DNA of 64,000 bases. Origin: Rotaria socialis (taxonomy: Eukaryota). The DNA lies in assembly GCA_905331295.1 (NCBI GenBank), contig CAJNYD010000373.1, positions 1 through 64,000 of the forward strand, in the 5' to 3' direction. The position numbers and the translations under genes were made by a program. The stretch's first letter is position 1. Every line of letters starts with the position of its first letter. Below the pieces are notes generated by a model. That model ran no database searches, was not told the DNA's origin, and saw nothing but the letters and a program-made list of their open reading frames with translations. Positions 52,048 through 64,000 of this stretch are shown one piece after another.

Positions 52048-54981
52048 TGTTTCGATTTTAATAGTTATTTTTTTATTTGTATTTGTATCAATGACTATTG
52101 AACGTGACGATTGATCTGCTGCTACATTGTGTCTTTTCATGCATAGAATTCTGTGAAAATAAAAGTCAATATTTGATTGATGTCTATCTCACTTGAGAGG
52201 ACCGAGTGTCTGTCTAGTCTAACACCGATAGCAATTTTCAAAATTGACATAGATGAAATAAGTATTGTCCGTTTTGTCTCACGCGACAAATATCTCCATT
52301 CCATATAACTTATGAGAGTCGAATTAGAATATATTTTTTTCTTCTCTCTCTCTCTCCCTCTTTCTCTTTAGTCTCACTCATTTCTTTTTTATGCATATGA
52401 AAGTTCAACTGCCCTATTCGCGTCAATGGCCTATTCTGTTACTACTGCTGCTGCTTGATTAACACAGTGGGTGTACGAATTGTATTGAGTGACAAAGAAA
52501 TGAGGTCAAGTTGAATGCAAGGTCTCTATCCAAAGTAGATGACAAGAAAAGAATTAATACACGATATCATACAACATTATTGTATTCATTCGACATATAC
52601 ACACACACCCACCCACATATATATATACATAAACACATTTGTATGTATAAATATGTTAACGATATATCTTCGGAATCATTCAAGTAAGACCATCAGCTGC
52701 ATAACTTGAGAAATTAGTGCAAGGTTTTAGCTGATAAGCATAAAGAGCATTTTACATCATGGTTATTCTTATCTTTTTATCCTGTCATTATATGAAATAT
52801 TGGTTGTGCATCTAAAAATGCAAATAACTTCTCATTGAATCTATTTGGAGTTGATCAAAAAATAATGTATTTAGTTTATTAACTAAGACTACAAAAACGA
52901 CGTACATTTGTTATTTGAGACATTTTAATGACAACAACAAAGTAATTTTTATTTCCCAATTGTTTACGTTATGTAGAACAATGCATATTCGTTATTTCTC
53001 TTTCGAGAATTTTCTTGTCTGAAATAACACTATTGAATAATGAGAATACCCCAGAATGCAGAAAGGAAAAAGAAAGATGATTGAACAACAACTATGGCCC
53101 GTTGTTCTCATCATCATTTTTGACAGAGAAGCGAAAAAGAAGTTTGTACTACTGTAGAGAGGACGTGTTGGCGGACACTCGATCTAACTCGATGTAAGAG
53201 AAGAACAGGAAAAAAAAAGTAGGGAAAAACTGGTCGAGATAGCTCCCCTACAGGCAGTAGCCTTAAGAAGAAGAAGAATAAGAATAAGAAACAAACGGGA
53301 AAAAAGAGGAAAGAGAACAAACAACGGGCCGTCTCTCGATTAAATCAGGCAGCAAAGGCGCGTTACTGGCATGCTACCAGTGCCCCAAATTAAGGAAAGA
53401 GAGAGAAAAAAAAGAAGACGATGTAAAAGAAAAAATTTATAGACGTCTATGTCCTTTCTTTCTCGTTTTTCCTTTTTCTCCTTTTGCGTCTACTTTTCTG
53501 TTATTGTGCAAGACGAGTGTAACATACACAACCCAAATTCCTCATCATTCTATCATCATTTACTAGTCGAAGAAACAACAAACGAAGACAAATCCACATC
53601 CATTTTGTATAAGCAGCCGATCGTTTCTAGTTTTCTACTTAATTAGTTTTTCTTTGTGCGTAATCGAAGACGAAATAAAACAAGGTTCAACGTAATTGCG
53701 TTATGTTATTCGGATTGGTCAACAAACGGCAATCAGTAAGTTCCTTCTTTTGCCTTTTTTCTCTTCTATTTAAACCAAATACATTATGTTGTGTAATCTG
53801 ACAGTATCATGTGCTTAATATACTAGGTAACTTTCTCTTTTTTTCCCTCTCTTTTGCACTGTTAATTATCATACTCTCGTAATGCGTAGTATGAATGCGT
53901 GGAGTCGTATCATCCAATATACGTCTGGTAGACATCTCATGACTGAAAATGGCAGCTGTTTACTTTTATATCTATTGTGCTTTGTCAATTTGAGTGATAA
54001 AGTCTGACCCAGCAAGCGTAAATACCTGTGAGACGAGACCTTTTCAATAAATATATTTCAAAATGAAGGTCTTCTAATCTTGGGTCTCAAAAAAGAAGAA
54101 AAGACCTAGAATCGGTAGGCTTGAAATTGTTCACTTAATGATAACGTATGTATATAGCATACATTAAGAAGAAAAAAAAGCAAAATATATAAGAGGTAAA
54201 AGCATACAAGTGGAAAAAGTTGGAGGTCGTTCATCTCTCTATACACATGGTAGCTCTTTGACTCTTGCAAAAAAGAAAAGCAAAATGCAACAGTGTCGGA
54301 ATAAAAGATATGAATATAGTATGAGCGTAAAAATGTACGTATGCTCTTGAGTAAGCGAACATGATTTATCTATCATACGAAAGCATATGTATATTTGGCG
54401 AGGGATACGATGATACAGGATGATGATGGTTAATGTGTAAGAGAAGTAAAACTAAAAGAAGAAAAAAAAAAGATTGAACACTATGTGTTTATATCATATC
54501 ATTTTATGTATGTAGAAATGAAGGTATATATTATGAAATTGATCTAAAGATTTTGTTCAAGTGTGAAGTTTTATATCTAGAAAAAAAAATCAATTTAATC
54601 TTGTTCTGCTATAGATATTGAAGTGGGTACAACTAAATAAATAGAAAAAGAAAACGTTTTTTTTCTATTAAATTTCTTTTTCTTTTGATTGTTGTTCTAT
54701 ATTATTTGTCATATAGTCGACAATTAGGCCATGACGATAAGATTCATCTATAGAAAAATAAAAGCATTGAAGTAGTCATTTGAGGAAACATCTGCATATT
54801 TAGCATAGATTCTTGTTGCTTTCAGACTGGCATTCTTTACTTCTTGATTATTCGTTTTAGACGCATAAAAAGATGATAGCATGAACGAAGCCTTGCATGC
54901 TTGTCGTTACTTCCTATCATCACTTGTGTGCTCGACCTTTAGATTTATTTTTTGTTGAGAAGTAAAGAAAGAAGCCAAATA

Positions 54982-55325
54982 ATGAATCCTCAAATATCGA
55001 AATATTATCGTAAGTTCTTCTATTTCTTACTCTGTAACAAACAATTGAAGAGTGTTAGATTCTTGATTTTAATCAATGTAATATTGAGGATGACTACTAT
55101 GCGTGTGAATATAAATGCTGTTTCAATTTTTCTCTCATCATTTTATCGTTGTACATCGTAGATTGCCCTTTCTTCTTCTCGTCTTCTTTTTTGCGTCTTT
55201 CTTCCCTTATTTACAGGCATACAAACTTCCCTAATGGGATGCGTTGTCGCTAATGATGGTCTTTTTCTTTTCTCGTCCAGACAGCTTCAAAAAAGAAAGA
55301 AAGTAGTACAGCATTACCATCCCAT

Positions 55326-55360
<35 letters not shown>

Positions 55361-58300
55361 CCACCAACACCAATATCTTCATTCTCTTTCGTTCATCAAT
55401 TTTTTTCATTTCAAATAGTAGATGGCAAGCTTATCATCATTAACACGATGAGTGTGAGAAAAAAACAACTCGAGAAGAAAGAATGAATGCATGTCTAGTG
55501 TCTGTCTTTCATTTTATTCATTGATTAGACGAATAGTAAAAGTAATATCAATCAGTAATAGTATACTGTTGAGGTCAACGAGATGAGGTAGCGATGCAAT
55601 TATGTGTATTCATAAAGAAATAATATCTATTAAATTGTTTTTTTCTTCTTCTTTGTTTTCTTAGTTGATTCTATGTACGATCAAAATTGTGGAACAACAT
55701 TAGTTTCTCAATTACTTGACTCTATCAATGATCGCTTAAAAACTGTTCATTCACCAATGGAACAACAAGTGCAAAATCAATTACCTGAATATGAAATGTC
55801 TGTAGATAATCCAGATGATGATGAACTTTGGCTTAGTGGTCATCGGTCAATATTTTCTTCATATGGCAGTTATTGTCGCAAAACAGCACCACCACTGCGC
55901 GATAGTCAATATGAAGGTTTTCATTGGGATTTATATGAAGATCGTAATTATCATCATCTTGCTTTTGAACATGAACATCATGATGCTCCGCCCACATGTC
56001 AAGCAGCAAGTCTTTCGGAATGGTCTATGCGTTTAAGTTCAGGTGGCATCGGTGGAGGCGGTGATACAGAAGATGATGCCGATGTTGAAGGTGATGATAC
56101 AACATCATCATCTGATCCTCCACGTACATCATGGCATGCAATTAAATCTAAATCGGCACATCAAAGTTGTTGTTCATCATCAGCACATACATCTGACGGT
56201 AGCGAACATCGATCACGTAGTCCACTAACATTATATCGTTTATTTCAACGAACAAGATCTCAACAACATCCGTGTCGTCTATATCAAAACTTTAGTGATA
56301 AAAGTATGTGTGATTCATTGACATCATCATCATCATGTTCAAATTTAAATAAATTCAATGAATCAGCAAAAAACGAACATAAAATACCAATGCCAAGATT
56401 TAAATTAAAAAGTCCAACAACTTTTTCGCAATTGAAACTAAACAAATCCAGTAGTCACAATGATTTTCACTCGTCTATAGAACAGTTATCAACGGAAAGT
56501 AAAGAACAACAATTCAAGGGTAAGTTTCTCATCTGAAATTTGATAACTTATAAAACGAAAGGATCAAATGATTATTTATCTCTAAATCCTTTTTCTTTAT
56601 GAAAAAAATAAAATTACACGGAGAGAGAGCGAGAGATAATCGAATAAACATTGTTTCTATTGTTTGATAGAGACATCAGTATTGATTAAATTATAATTGA
56701 TTTTCATTGTTCATTTTAGCTTCTAATCAAACCACTATTCCTCGTCGAAGTGTTGATCAATGCCTTCAAACATCTCTACATATTGAAAATACATCTTCAT
56801 TGCAATCACAATCGACACGTCGATATATCCCGCGTTCGACTTCCCGCCCTCTCGATTCGGATAATCATTGTTTACAAACAGACATTGTATCAGTGACACG
56901 TTCGAAAAGTGTCGATCGTTCATTAAGTAGTGAGACGAAAAATTCGAATTCAAACAATCCTAGTCAAACATCAACGTTTCCATCTCCAACCGCTTACCGA
57001 TCATTGCCAACAATTTTATCTTTACCTGATCTTAGTTTTCTTACATATTATGCAAAAGAAAATCCGGCTCCACCACCGCCAACACCATCATCATCATCAT
57101 CGATATCAACGAATCAAACAAAACAGTTTTGTTCACGAATGAAAAGCGCACTATCTGAACCATCATCATTAACTAAAAAAGCAACACGTACTGTATTCTA
57201 TTGTAGTATTAAAGTGCCATCTGTATCATCTAATCCTATGCGGCCTACAACACTTCATCCACCGATGTCAACTATGCAAAGACCACGCACACTTAAAGAA
57301 ATTAAACGTATTAAAAGTATTAAAACGAGTCCAACAACAATGGGCAATATGCCACTACGCACAATGCCAATGAGTCCATCTGCTCAAACAAATCATGTTG
57401 ATCATCACATAAAAGAAGAAGAAAATGCGACGTTTTCATTGACATGTTCAAGTACATCAACAAGTGCAAATAGTACGTCAAGTAGCGGTTATTGCAGTAA
57501 TAGTTCAACAAATCACCCACGTCAAATTCAAACACCCACATCATCGTATCCACTTAAATCATGTTTGAAACGAGCTAAAACGGAAGATTTAACAAGTACA
57601 CCATTAACACCTGCTTCAACAGTACAAACAACAACTGCTAATGTTCTAGCTGTTGGAACTGCTGGTGATATATTTACATTAGCTGCACGAACATTAGCCG
57701 CTTGTCTTGCTGATCATAGTATAGAAACATCAAGACATCGACGTTATTCAGCACCAAGTCTATCGTCACATCAAAGTAACTTTTCCATACAATTACAAAC
57801 GCGCCAAAAAGGATGTACATTATCTGAACATGATTTACGGGCGAAAAAAAGTGTTAGTTTTTGTGATGATATTGCACGAAGGCTTATTACACCATCAGCC
57901 AGTCCTAAACATCGGCCAACACCACCACCTTCAGCATCATTTAGATATGATCGAGGTATTACTTGACGAATATTTTCATCATTAATTAGATGTTTTTGAA
58001 AACGAAATCTTTTCTTTTGTTGTAGGCTATTGGGATCTAGTACCACGAGAAAGTTTAACAGATAGTCCACCGAGTGAATTTAATTTATCTGAAGATGAAC
58101 ATGAGGATTCCAATGAACCCAATTTAATAAATTTTATTGAAAATGCACCAGTAGAAATAACAAAACCATTACCAGTCAAATATGGTAGTGATAAATATCT
58201 TATTGATGCCTTTTCAAATACAGTTCTTCATATTTTGGAAATAAAATGCAGCGATCCTCAAGTAAAATTGATATACGATAGCTCTAGGAATTTCTTACTA

Positions 58301-59202
58301 TCTATCACTTCATTTTCTATTTTAGTCTTATTATTTAAATAATCTAACTAATCGTGAACTTGATCGAACGCTTCGTCTAGATCTATGTCCTTTATTACGC
58401 GAAGTACTTGAAGATGGCCTTCGACAGTATGGCGGTTCTTTATTTTCAAAAAAAATTAATCTATGGCGTTTAATCGATTTTACAACACCTAAAACGGGTC
58501 GTGTTAATGACGCAAAAGCTAAAGCCCAGTTAGGATTATCATCTACTGTTGACTGGGTAGAAAAATTTAATGCATTTATTTATCATTTGCTTAAGTAAGA
58601 ATATTATCCATTAATCAAAGAGAAACATTTTATTTATATTATACTCTTTTGTTTATTTATTCTGTTTTAGCCTTCATGAGCTTGCTGCCTGGTTGGCGCA
58701 TTTTTTATCACACCGTGCAATGCTTACTGCATATTACGAATCATGGGCATTTATACTTGTACATGTAGATAATGATCTATTTGAACGTATTACAAATCAA
58801 TTAGAAAAATTATCACCTTTGCCATTCCGACTTAAATATACTCATTCATCAAATGCAATTACACCCACAAAAACAACAACAACAACAACAACGACGACGA
58901 CAAATCAACGACCTTCTTCATTATTACCCAAACGATTTAATGTTCGAGCGTGGTTACGCGATCGTAAAACTCAAGTAAAAATTTCATCAAAAGAACCCGT
59001 TGCTTCATCTTCACCTTCTACATCGTCAAGAAGCAAATCACCTTCATTGCCTACTACTCCATCACAAAAATCAATATCTTCTGTATCAACAAAATCATCC
59101 ACAACAGTACCGTTAGTACAACCATCAGCACCACCGAATATTTCCCTACGACGTAAACTTGGCTCTATTCCAGTACCCAAACGACAACAAACAGTGCGTT
59201 AA
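54982..59202 (+). CDS. RUN-domain protein (RUSC/iporin-like), multi-exon
   Basis: Long Ser/Thr/Pro-rich exons, then RUN domain LCPLLREVLEDGLR..NLWRLI..KFNAFIYHLLN..L..W..LTAYYESWAFI..LEKLSPLPFRL. First coding exon 54982-55009 splices in frame to 55665 (inferred). Confidence 0.8.
55329..55360. repeat. (CAT)n microsatellite
   Basis: About 10 tandem CAT units, intronic or UTR. Confidence 0.9.
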
Positions 59203-59648
59203 AAACAATATTTTATATATAAATATATCTATGTTAAATTATAATTGCATTCAAAATGCTGATATATTGTCGTATATTCTCAGTGGTTGTTGTTGTTGTT
59301 GTTTTTAATTGTTTTCCCTCATATTTGTCAAGTAATCTTTTTTTTTAATGTTTATGTGCATGTATGTTTATGTTCTCAAACGATTCACAGTATTTCTATC
59401 TTTATTTACACCTAATTTACCCATCCTTTAATCAGTTTTAATAAGCTGTTAATTCACTTTTCGTTCTTTTCTCTATGTTCAAATGGTAAGAAAATCAAAA
59501 TAAACACGTGCGTACAGTCACCTAACTTACGAAGGTTTCCTTTTTCACTTGAAAAAAACAACAAAACACCATCGAACTAATTACAAAGGCCTTTTGTATG
59601 ATTCTATGCAAAATAGAAGAATGCTATAAGTATATTGTGATTATTGCA

Positions 59649-59649
<1 letters not shown>

Positions 59650-59682
<33 letters not shown>
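59650..59682. repeat. (ATT)n microsatellite
   Basis: About 10 tandem ATT units. Confidence 0.9.
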
Positions 59683-59767
59683 TTTAATGCGAATCTTAAC
59701 AGCAACGAAAAAGAAAATAGACGAGAGACTTCCACGGTTATAGTTGCTGATATTTCTAGAATTGAGC

Positions 59768-60118
59768 ATGCCTACTGTTGATCCCAAACCAAATCATCGA
59801 CCTTTTCGTCGAGTACTCTATCGTGAAGATTCAAAAGATTCAACTGTCATTAAAGATGTATCACCTAGAAATAATGGACATTTAATAACTAAGCCGAAGC
59901 TGCATAGTAAAGGAGAAAATCCTAAAGTAAGAATGACAAATGCCAGTAGAACACTATTAATGAGAGAAGGTGCACTTTATAAATCACCACTTGAACAAAT
60001 CAAATATGTTAAACGTGTTCGAAATAATCGAATGGCACGTTATTTATTTGTTATGCAACAATATAATACTTCAAGCATGGCTATCCATCATCGTCGTGGA
60101 AATAATAGTTTACTGTAA
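59768..60118 (+). CDS. Small basic hypothetical protein (116 aa)
   Basis: Open frame with coding-like composition after a splice-acceptor-like tttctag. No family recognised. Confidence 0.5.
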   Translation: MPTVDPKPNHRPFRRVLYREDSKDSTVIKDVSPRNNGHLITKPKLHSKGENPKVRMTNASRTLLMREGALYKSPLEQIKYVKRVRNNRMARYLFVMQQYNTSSMAIHHRRGNNSLL

Positions 60119-60432
60119 GTAGAATATACGCATATTTACCTTTAATACAAGATTAGTAACATGTTTCAATAACGAAAGAAACACAATTCAGTGTAGACAG
60201 GCACTTTTAATTCGTGAATTTGATGAAACTATTGTAAATTTAAGTTAAGAGACACGTGTTAAAAATGATTTGTTTTTAAAGAAAAAATATTTGTTGATTC
60301 AAATTTTGAATTTCGATTGATTATTTCTTTTATTTTTATTTAAAACGAAAATGAATTTTAACAGATATAATAATTAATTATCAGTAGTTTGTTCTATCGT
60401 ATTATAAGTACATTCAAGAGAAACAAGAGCAT

Positions 60433-60504
60433 GGCTTGGTGGTCTAGTGGTATGATTCTCGCTTAGGGTGCGAGAGGTCCCGGGTTCAATCCCCGGCCAA
60501 GCCC
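60433..60504 (+). tRNA. tRNA-Pro: tRNA-Pro (AGG)
   Basis: Acceptor stem GGCTTGG/CCAAGCC, D-loop TAGTGG, anticodon arm CTCGC-TTAGGGT-GCGAG, T-loop GTTCAATCC. T-run Pol III terminator just downstream. Confidence 0.98.
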
Positions 60505-60879
60505 GGTTACTTTCTTTTTTTTTTCTATTGTTTTTTCCTTCCACGAATATGTTTTTTTAATGTTTGATATAGCTATATTCATTTTCTTCTTTTCATCTAT
60601 AAGTATACGTAAGATGAGAATAAGGTTATTTGACAATAAACAACAAAAATATGATTTCCAAATAAAAAAGATATTTTTTTTGAAAGTAATACTAATTTTC
60701 TCCTTTCTTTTTTTGCTTTGTTCGTTCGTTTTTGATCGATTTCTTCCTTTCTTTCATTCGTTTTTTTTTGTAATATTCAGGAAGTTCTGTGTACAAATGT
60801 AAAAAAAAAGATGAAAATGAAGAGAATGAAAAAGAAAGAACTTTGTTTTAATTTCGCATCTATGAAGAATCAAGTAAAA

Positions 60880-60883
60880 ATAT

Positions 60884-60933
<50 letters not shown>

Positions 60934-60948
60934 TTATATACATATACA
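60880..60948. repeat. (TA)n / TACA compound microsatellite
   Basis: Alternating TA run upstream of the kinesin exon. Confidence 0.9.
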
Positions 60949-61036
60949 TTTATTATGGCAGTAGTAAAGAGAAAAAGAAATACATCCATACGCGCATGGT
61001 GATTGAATGAAACTATAAAGAATATTTAAAGATAAA

Positions 61037-64000
61037 ATGTCGAGTTTACCTAAACGAAATGATGCTCGACGGAAGTTCTACCATCAACAGCAACGGCTAC
61101 CATCACTAAAACAAGATAATAACTATGATAATAATGGTTATAATAAGCAGCATTTCGAAACAACATCTAACAATGGTTATGAATATGAACAAGGACCTCA
61201 TCAATATAAAGATCAACAAGCAGTATATTACGAAACACGCTCAAATAATAATTCAGCTTCAGTTCATCACTCGTGAGTAGAATAATAGCTGTTTTAAAAA
61301 AACAATAGCTACAAGAATCTCGAATGAAGAACGAAGCCCGACAAGATAAGAGAGAGACAAAGAGAGAGAAAGAGCACAATCTCGATACATAATGAGTCCT
61401 TCATTGTATGATTTTTTTAGCACTTCTACTGATTTGATTTTCTTACATTGTTTGAAACATTGTAGTGATAACTACAACTTGTGACAGTTTTCCTCATTGT
61501 TTTACTTGAATTATGTCATTTTTTTCATTTTCTTTTGAAGAGATTCAATCGATTAAACAAATGAAACCTTACAATAAAATTATAAGAAAGAAATATATCG
61601 GCCACTAACTATGATGCATAAATAGGATATCTATTTTTTTACAAAAAAAAAATATTCTGATTGATGTAATCATTGCGGAAGCGGCATTGACTAATAATAT
61701 TATGCGTAGTTATGCCATTGAAATAACTCTTCATAATTAATTGAAAATCTTTATATATCATGAAATATGTATATGATTTTTAAAGATATAATTAGTTTGT
61801 GAATTCTCTTGTTGATGATTCATCATATAATTATTACAAGAAAATTTTATAATAAGAAACAAGTTTTTCGAAATAAAAACAAAGATTTTATTATTCAAAA
61901 TAGATAGTTGTAGATGATTTCTTTGTATAAACTAACATCATTAGTTGAAAGAGATTAGAAAATATTTTAAACTTTCATTTATCAGTTTCGCTTCTTATGA
62001 CTCGTTAAACAAAGAAAGCGTCATGCAGATATAAAGACAGTTTAACAATCGTATAAATAAATGAATAAATAACATGTTTCTCCATCAGGAATAAAAATTG
62101 ATTTGCCGTCGGTTTTTTCCGATACGAGAAAAATAAAAATTTATATTTTCGCTATGTTACCGTTTGTAATATGATGTAGTAGAAAACAAAATTTATCTTG
62201 TACGCGTAGAAAATAGTATGTTGAAAACAATATATATGATGTCATCAGACTAGTCAATCATTATAATAAATGGTCGATTTTTATTTAACAATATTCGATA
62301 TTGCATGTCGATTAAGTCTCAATTATTTTTTTCTCGAAAAACATAAGAAGAAATTAATTGTTGTTATTGTGTTTTTTCTTTGTTCGACTTGTTGCGAAGA
62401 GAAGAAAGCAGGATAAGTAGTAGAAAAATACTTCGGTTGTTATTTTAAGTTATTTCCACTTTACATCAACCGAGAAAGACAGAGAGAGAGAGATATCGAT
62501 GCAGAAGTTCCCGCTTGAAACATATTCTTTAATTGAAATTTCAACATCTACAGATTCAAATCATCAACAAACTGCAATGAATACTGATGATATGAAACAG
62601 CGAAGTACCGAATCATATTCATCTGAGCGTAATTCGAATAATCGTGTTCGTTTTCTCGAACCTTCTTCTGCTAATAATACAGCACCACAACATTCAAAAT
62701 TAACAAAATTTGTTCCATCGTCTGAAAGTTTTGAAGCGACGTCCATAGAAAGCATCAATGATATTTATCAGGATGGACCTAATTCTGTTAGTCGTGGCCT
62801 TCAAACAGATATTAGTAATGCATCAGTCATTGATTGGGTTTTAGGACAAAAGACTTCATCAACTGGCGATAGGTATATTAAGATTTAATTTATCAGCGAT
62901 ATGATCTATAAGTACACATAAGTCAAGTGTCTTCTCATCGTGTTGGCCGTTCGTTTGCATAAACATAATACGAAAAGAGGAGAAGACGAAGAAGAAGAAG
63001 ACCTACCTTCTAAATAGTTTGAAAGTTACATATGATGACGAAAGACAATAAGTAAAAGAAAAGAACACTAAAAGAAGAGAGAGAATAAGAGAATGGTTCT
63101 AGTTTCGTGACTGTAATTTTACTATTTCATAAGTCAATAGACACTTACGAGTCGTTATCGTTAGAGAGAAGAAGAAGCAGAAAAAAGTGACCGGTTCAGA
63201 TTATAATCGATTGATATCAAACACGACAGTACTTCTTTATCATGGCAACTTTCGCTGTACGATCACATAGTTTAATAAATGCCGAAAAGCATTCATTACT
63301 AGTGAAACAACAAAGTTATCAGTAAAATCAAAGTACACATTAATTATGAATAGTTTTATTTTTTATCATTTAGTGCATATCGAAATGAACCACCTCAAGA
63401 TCCAGGCATAGAAAAAGATCGTGTGCGTGTTATCGTTCGGTAAGTTTTTAAATTTTAAATCCTCTTTAATCACATCTATATTTATGTTCTATAATTAGTG
63501 TTCGACCGTTGAATAGTCGTGAAACAGAAAAATCAGATCGGTCAATATTATTTTGCGAAGGTGAAAATTCTATTACAGTGAGTTATCTTTTTCATTGGTT
63601 TTAACACATTTTATCAAGTAAATAAAATAGGTTGAAGGCGCAAAACATAGTCGACGATTTACATTTGATAGTGCATTCGATGTAACATCAACACAAGAAG
63701 AAGTATTTCATTACAGTGGTATCAAACGTTTAGTCGATATGGCTATCGATGGGTAGATAATTTAAACATTCAATTAATAGAACTGTAAATTATCTTGTGG
63801 GAAATATTTTTGTAGATATATTTCAACTTGTTTTGCATACGGTCAAACCGGTAGTGGAAAAACGCATACCATGATTGGTCCAGGCGGCGCCAACATTGTA
63901 ATTATCTAGTACTTATGGTGGTAAAAAAAACAGAAAATATGGTTCGACATTTTTGATTTTAGTTTCGTATGGAGGAAAATTTTCGAATAAAAAACTTTGG
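61037..64000 (+). CDS. Kinesin motor protein, KIF12-like (5' part, runs off window)
   Basis: Spliced [68 protein letters not shown] (P-loop) at 63374-63897. Upstream exons join in phase 2. Confidence 0.88.

Noticed and set aside
1..64000. CRISPR arrays, operons, prophage or rRNA
   Set aside because: No regularly spaced repeats or rRNA-like sequence were seen. Genes are spliced and eukaryotic, and the DUF2252 gene has introns, which argues against bacterial contamination.

Overview
AT-rich eukaryotic DNA with many short (~50-80 nt) GT-AG introns. The intron size, an intron-bearing bacterial-type gene and a degraded short GPCR suggest a bdelloid rotifer (inference only). Genes: an orphan type-I membrane protein, a GPCR pseudogene, an NK3/bagpipe homeobox gene, an orphan 7TM gene, a convergent pair of POGZ/ZNF280-like zinc-finger paralogues (one with two THAP domains), an orphan head-to-head with MCM8, a DUF2252 kinase-like gene, a ubiquitin-like gene, RIC-3, USP5/13, EMC6, WDR89, a minimal RGS-DIX Axin, a PTTG1IP-like small protein, a RUN-domain protein, tRNA-Pro(AGG) and the 5' part of a KIF12-like kinesin. 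Mobile DNA: two hAT-type MITEs with 8-bp target-site duplications, a probable third at the window edge, and two copies of a Helentron/DINE-1-like non-autonomous element whose 5' hairpin loop is flipped between copies. Most notable: the intronised DUF2252 horizontal-transfer candidate, the THAP-THAP-ZNF280 gene with a start codon made by splicing, the hairpin flip-flop, and the minimal Axin. Family calls rest on motif recognition by eye and no searches were run.
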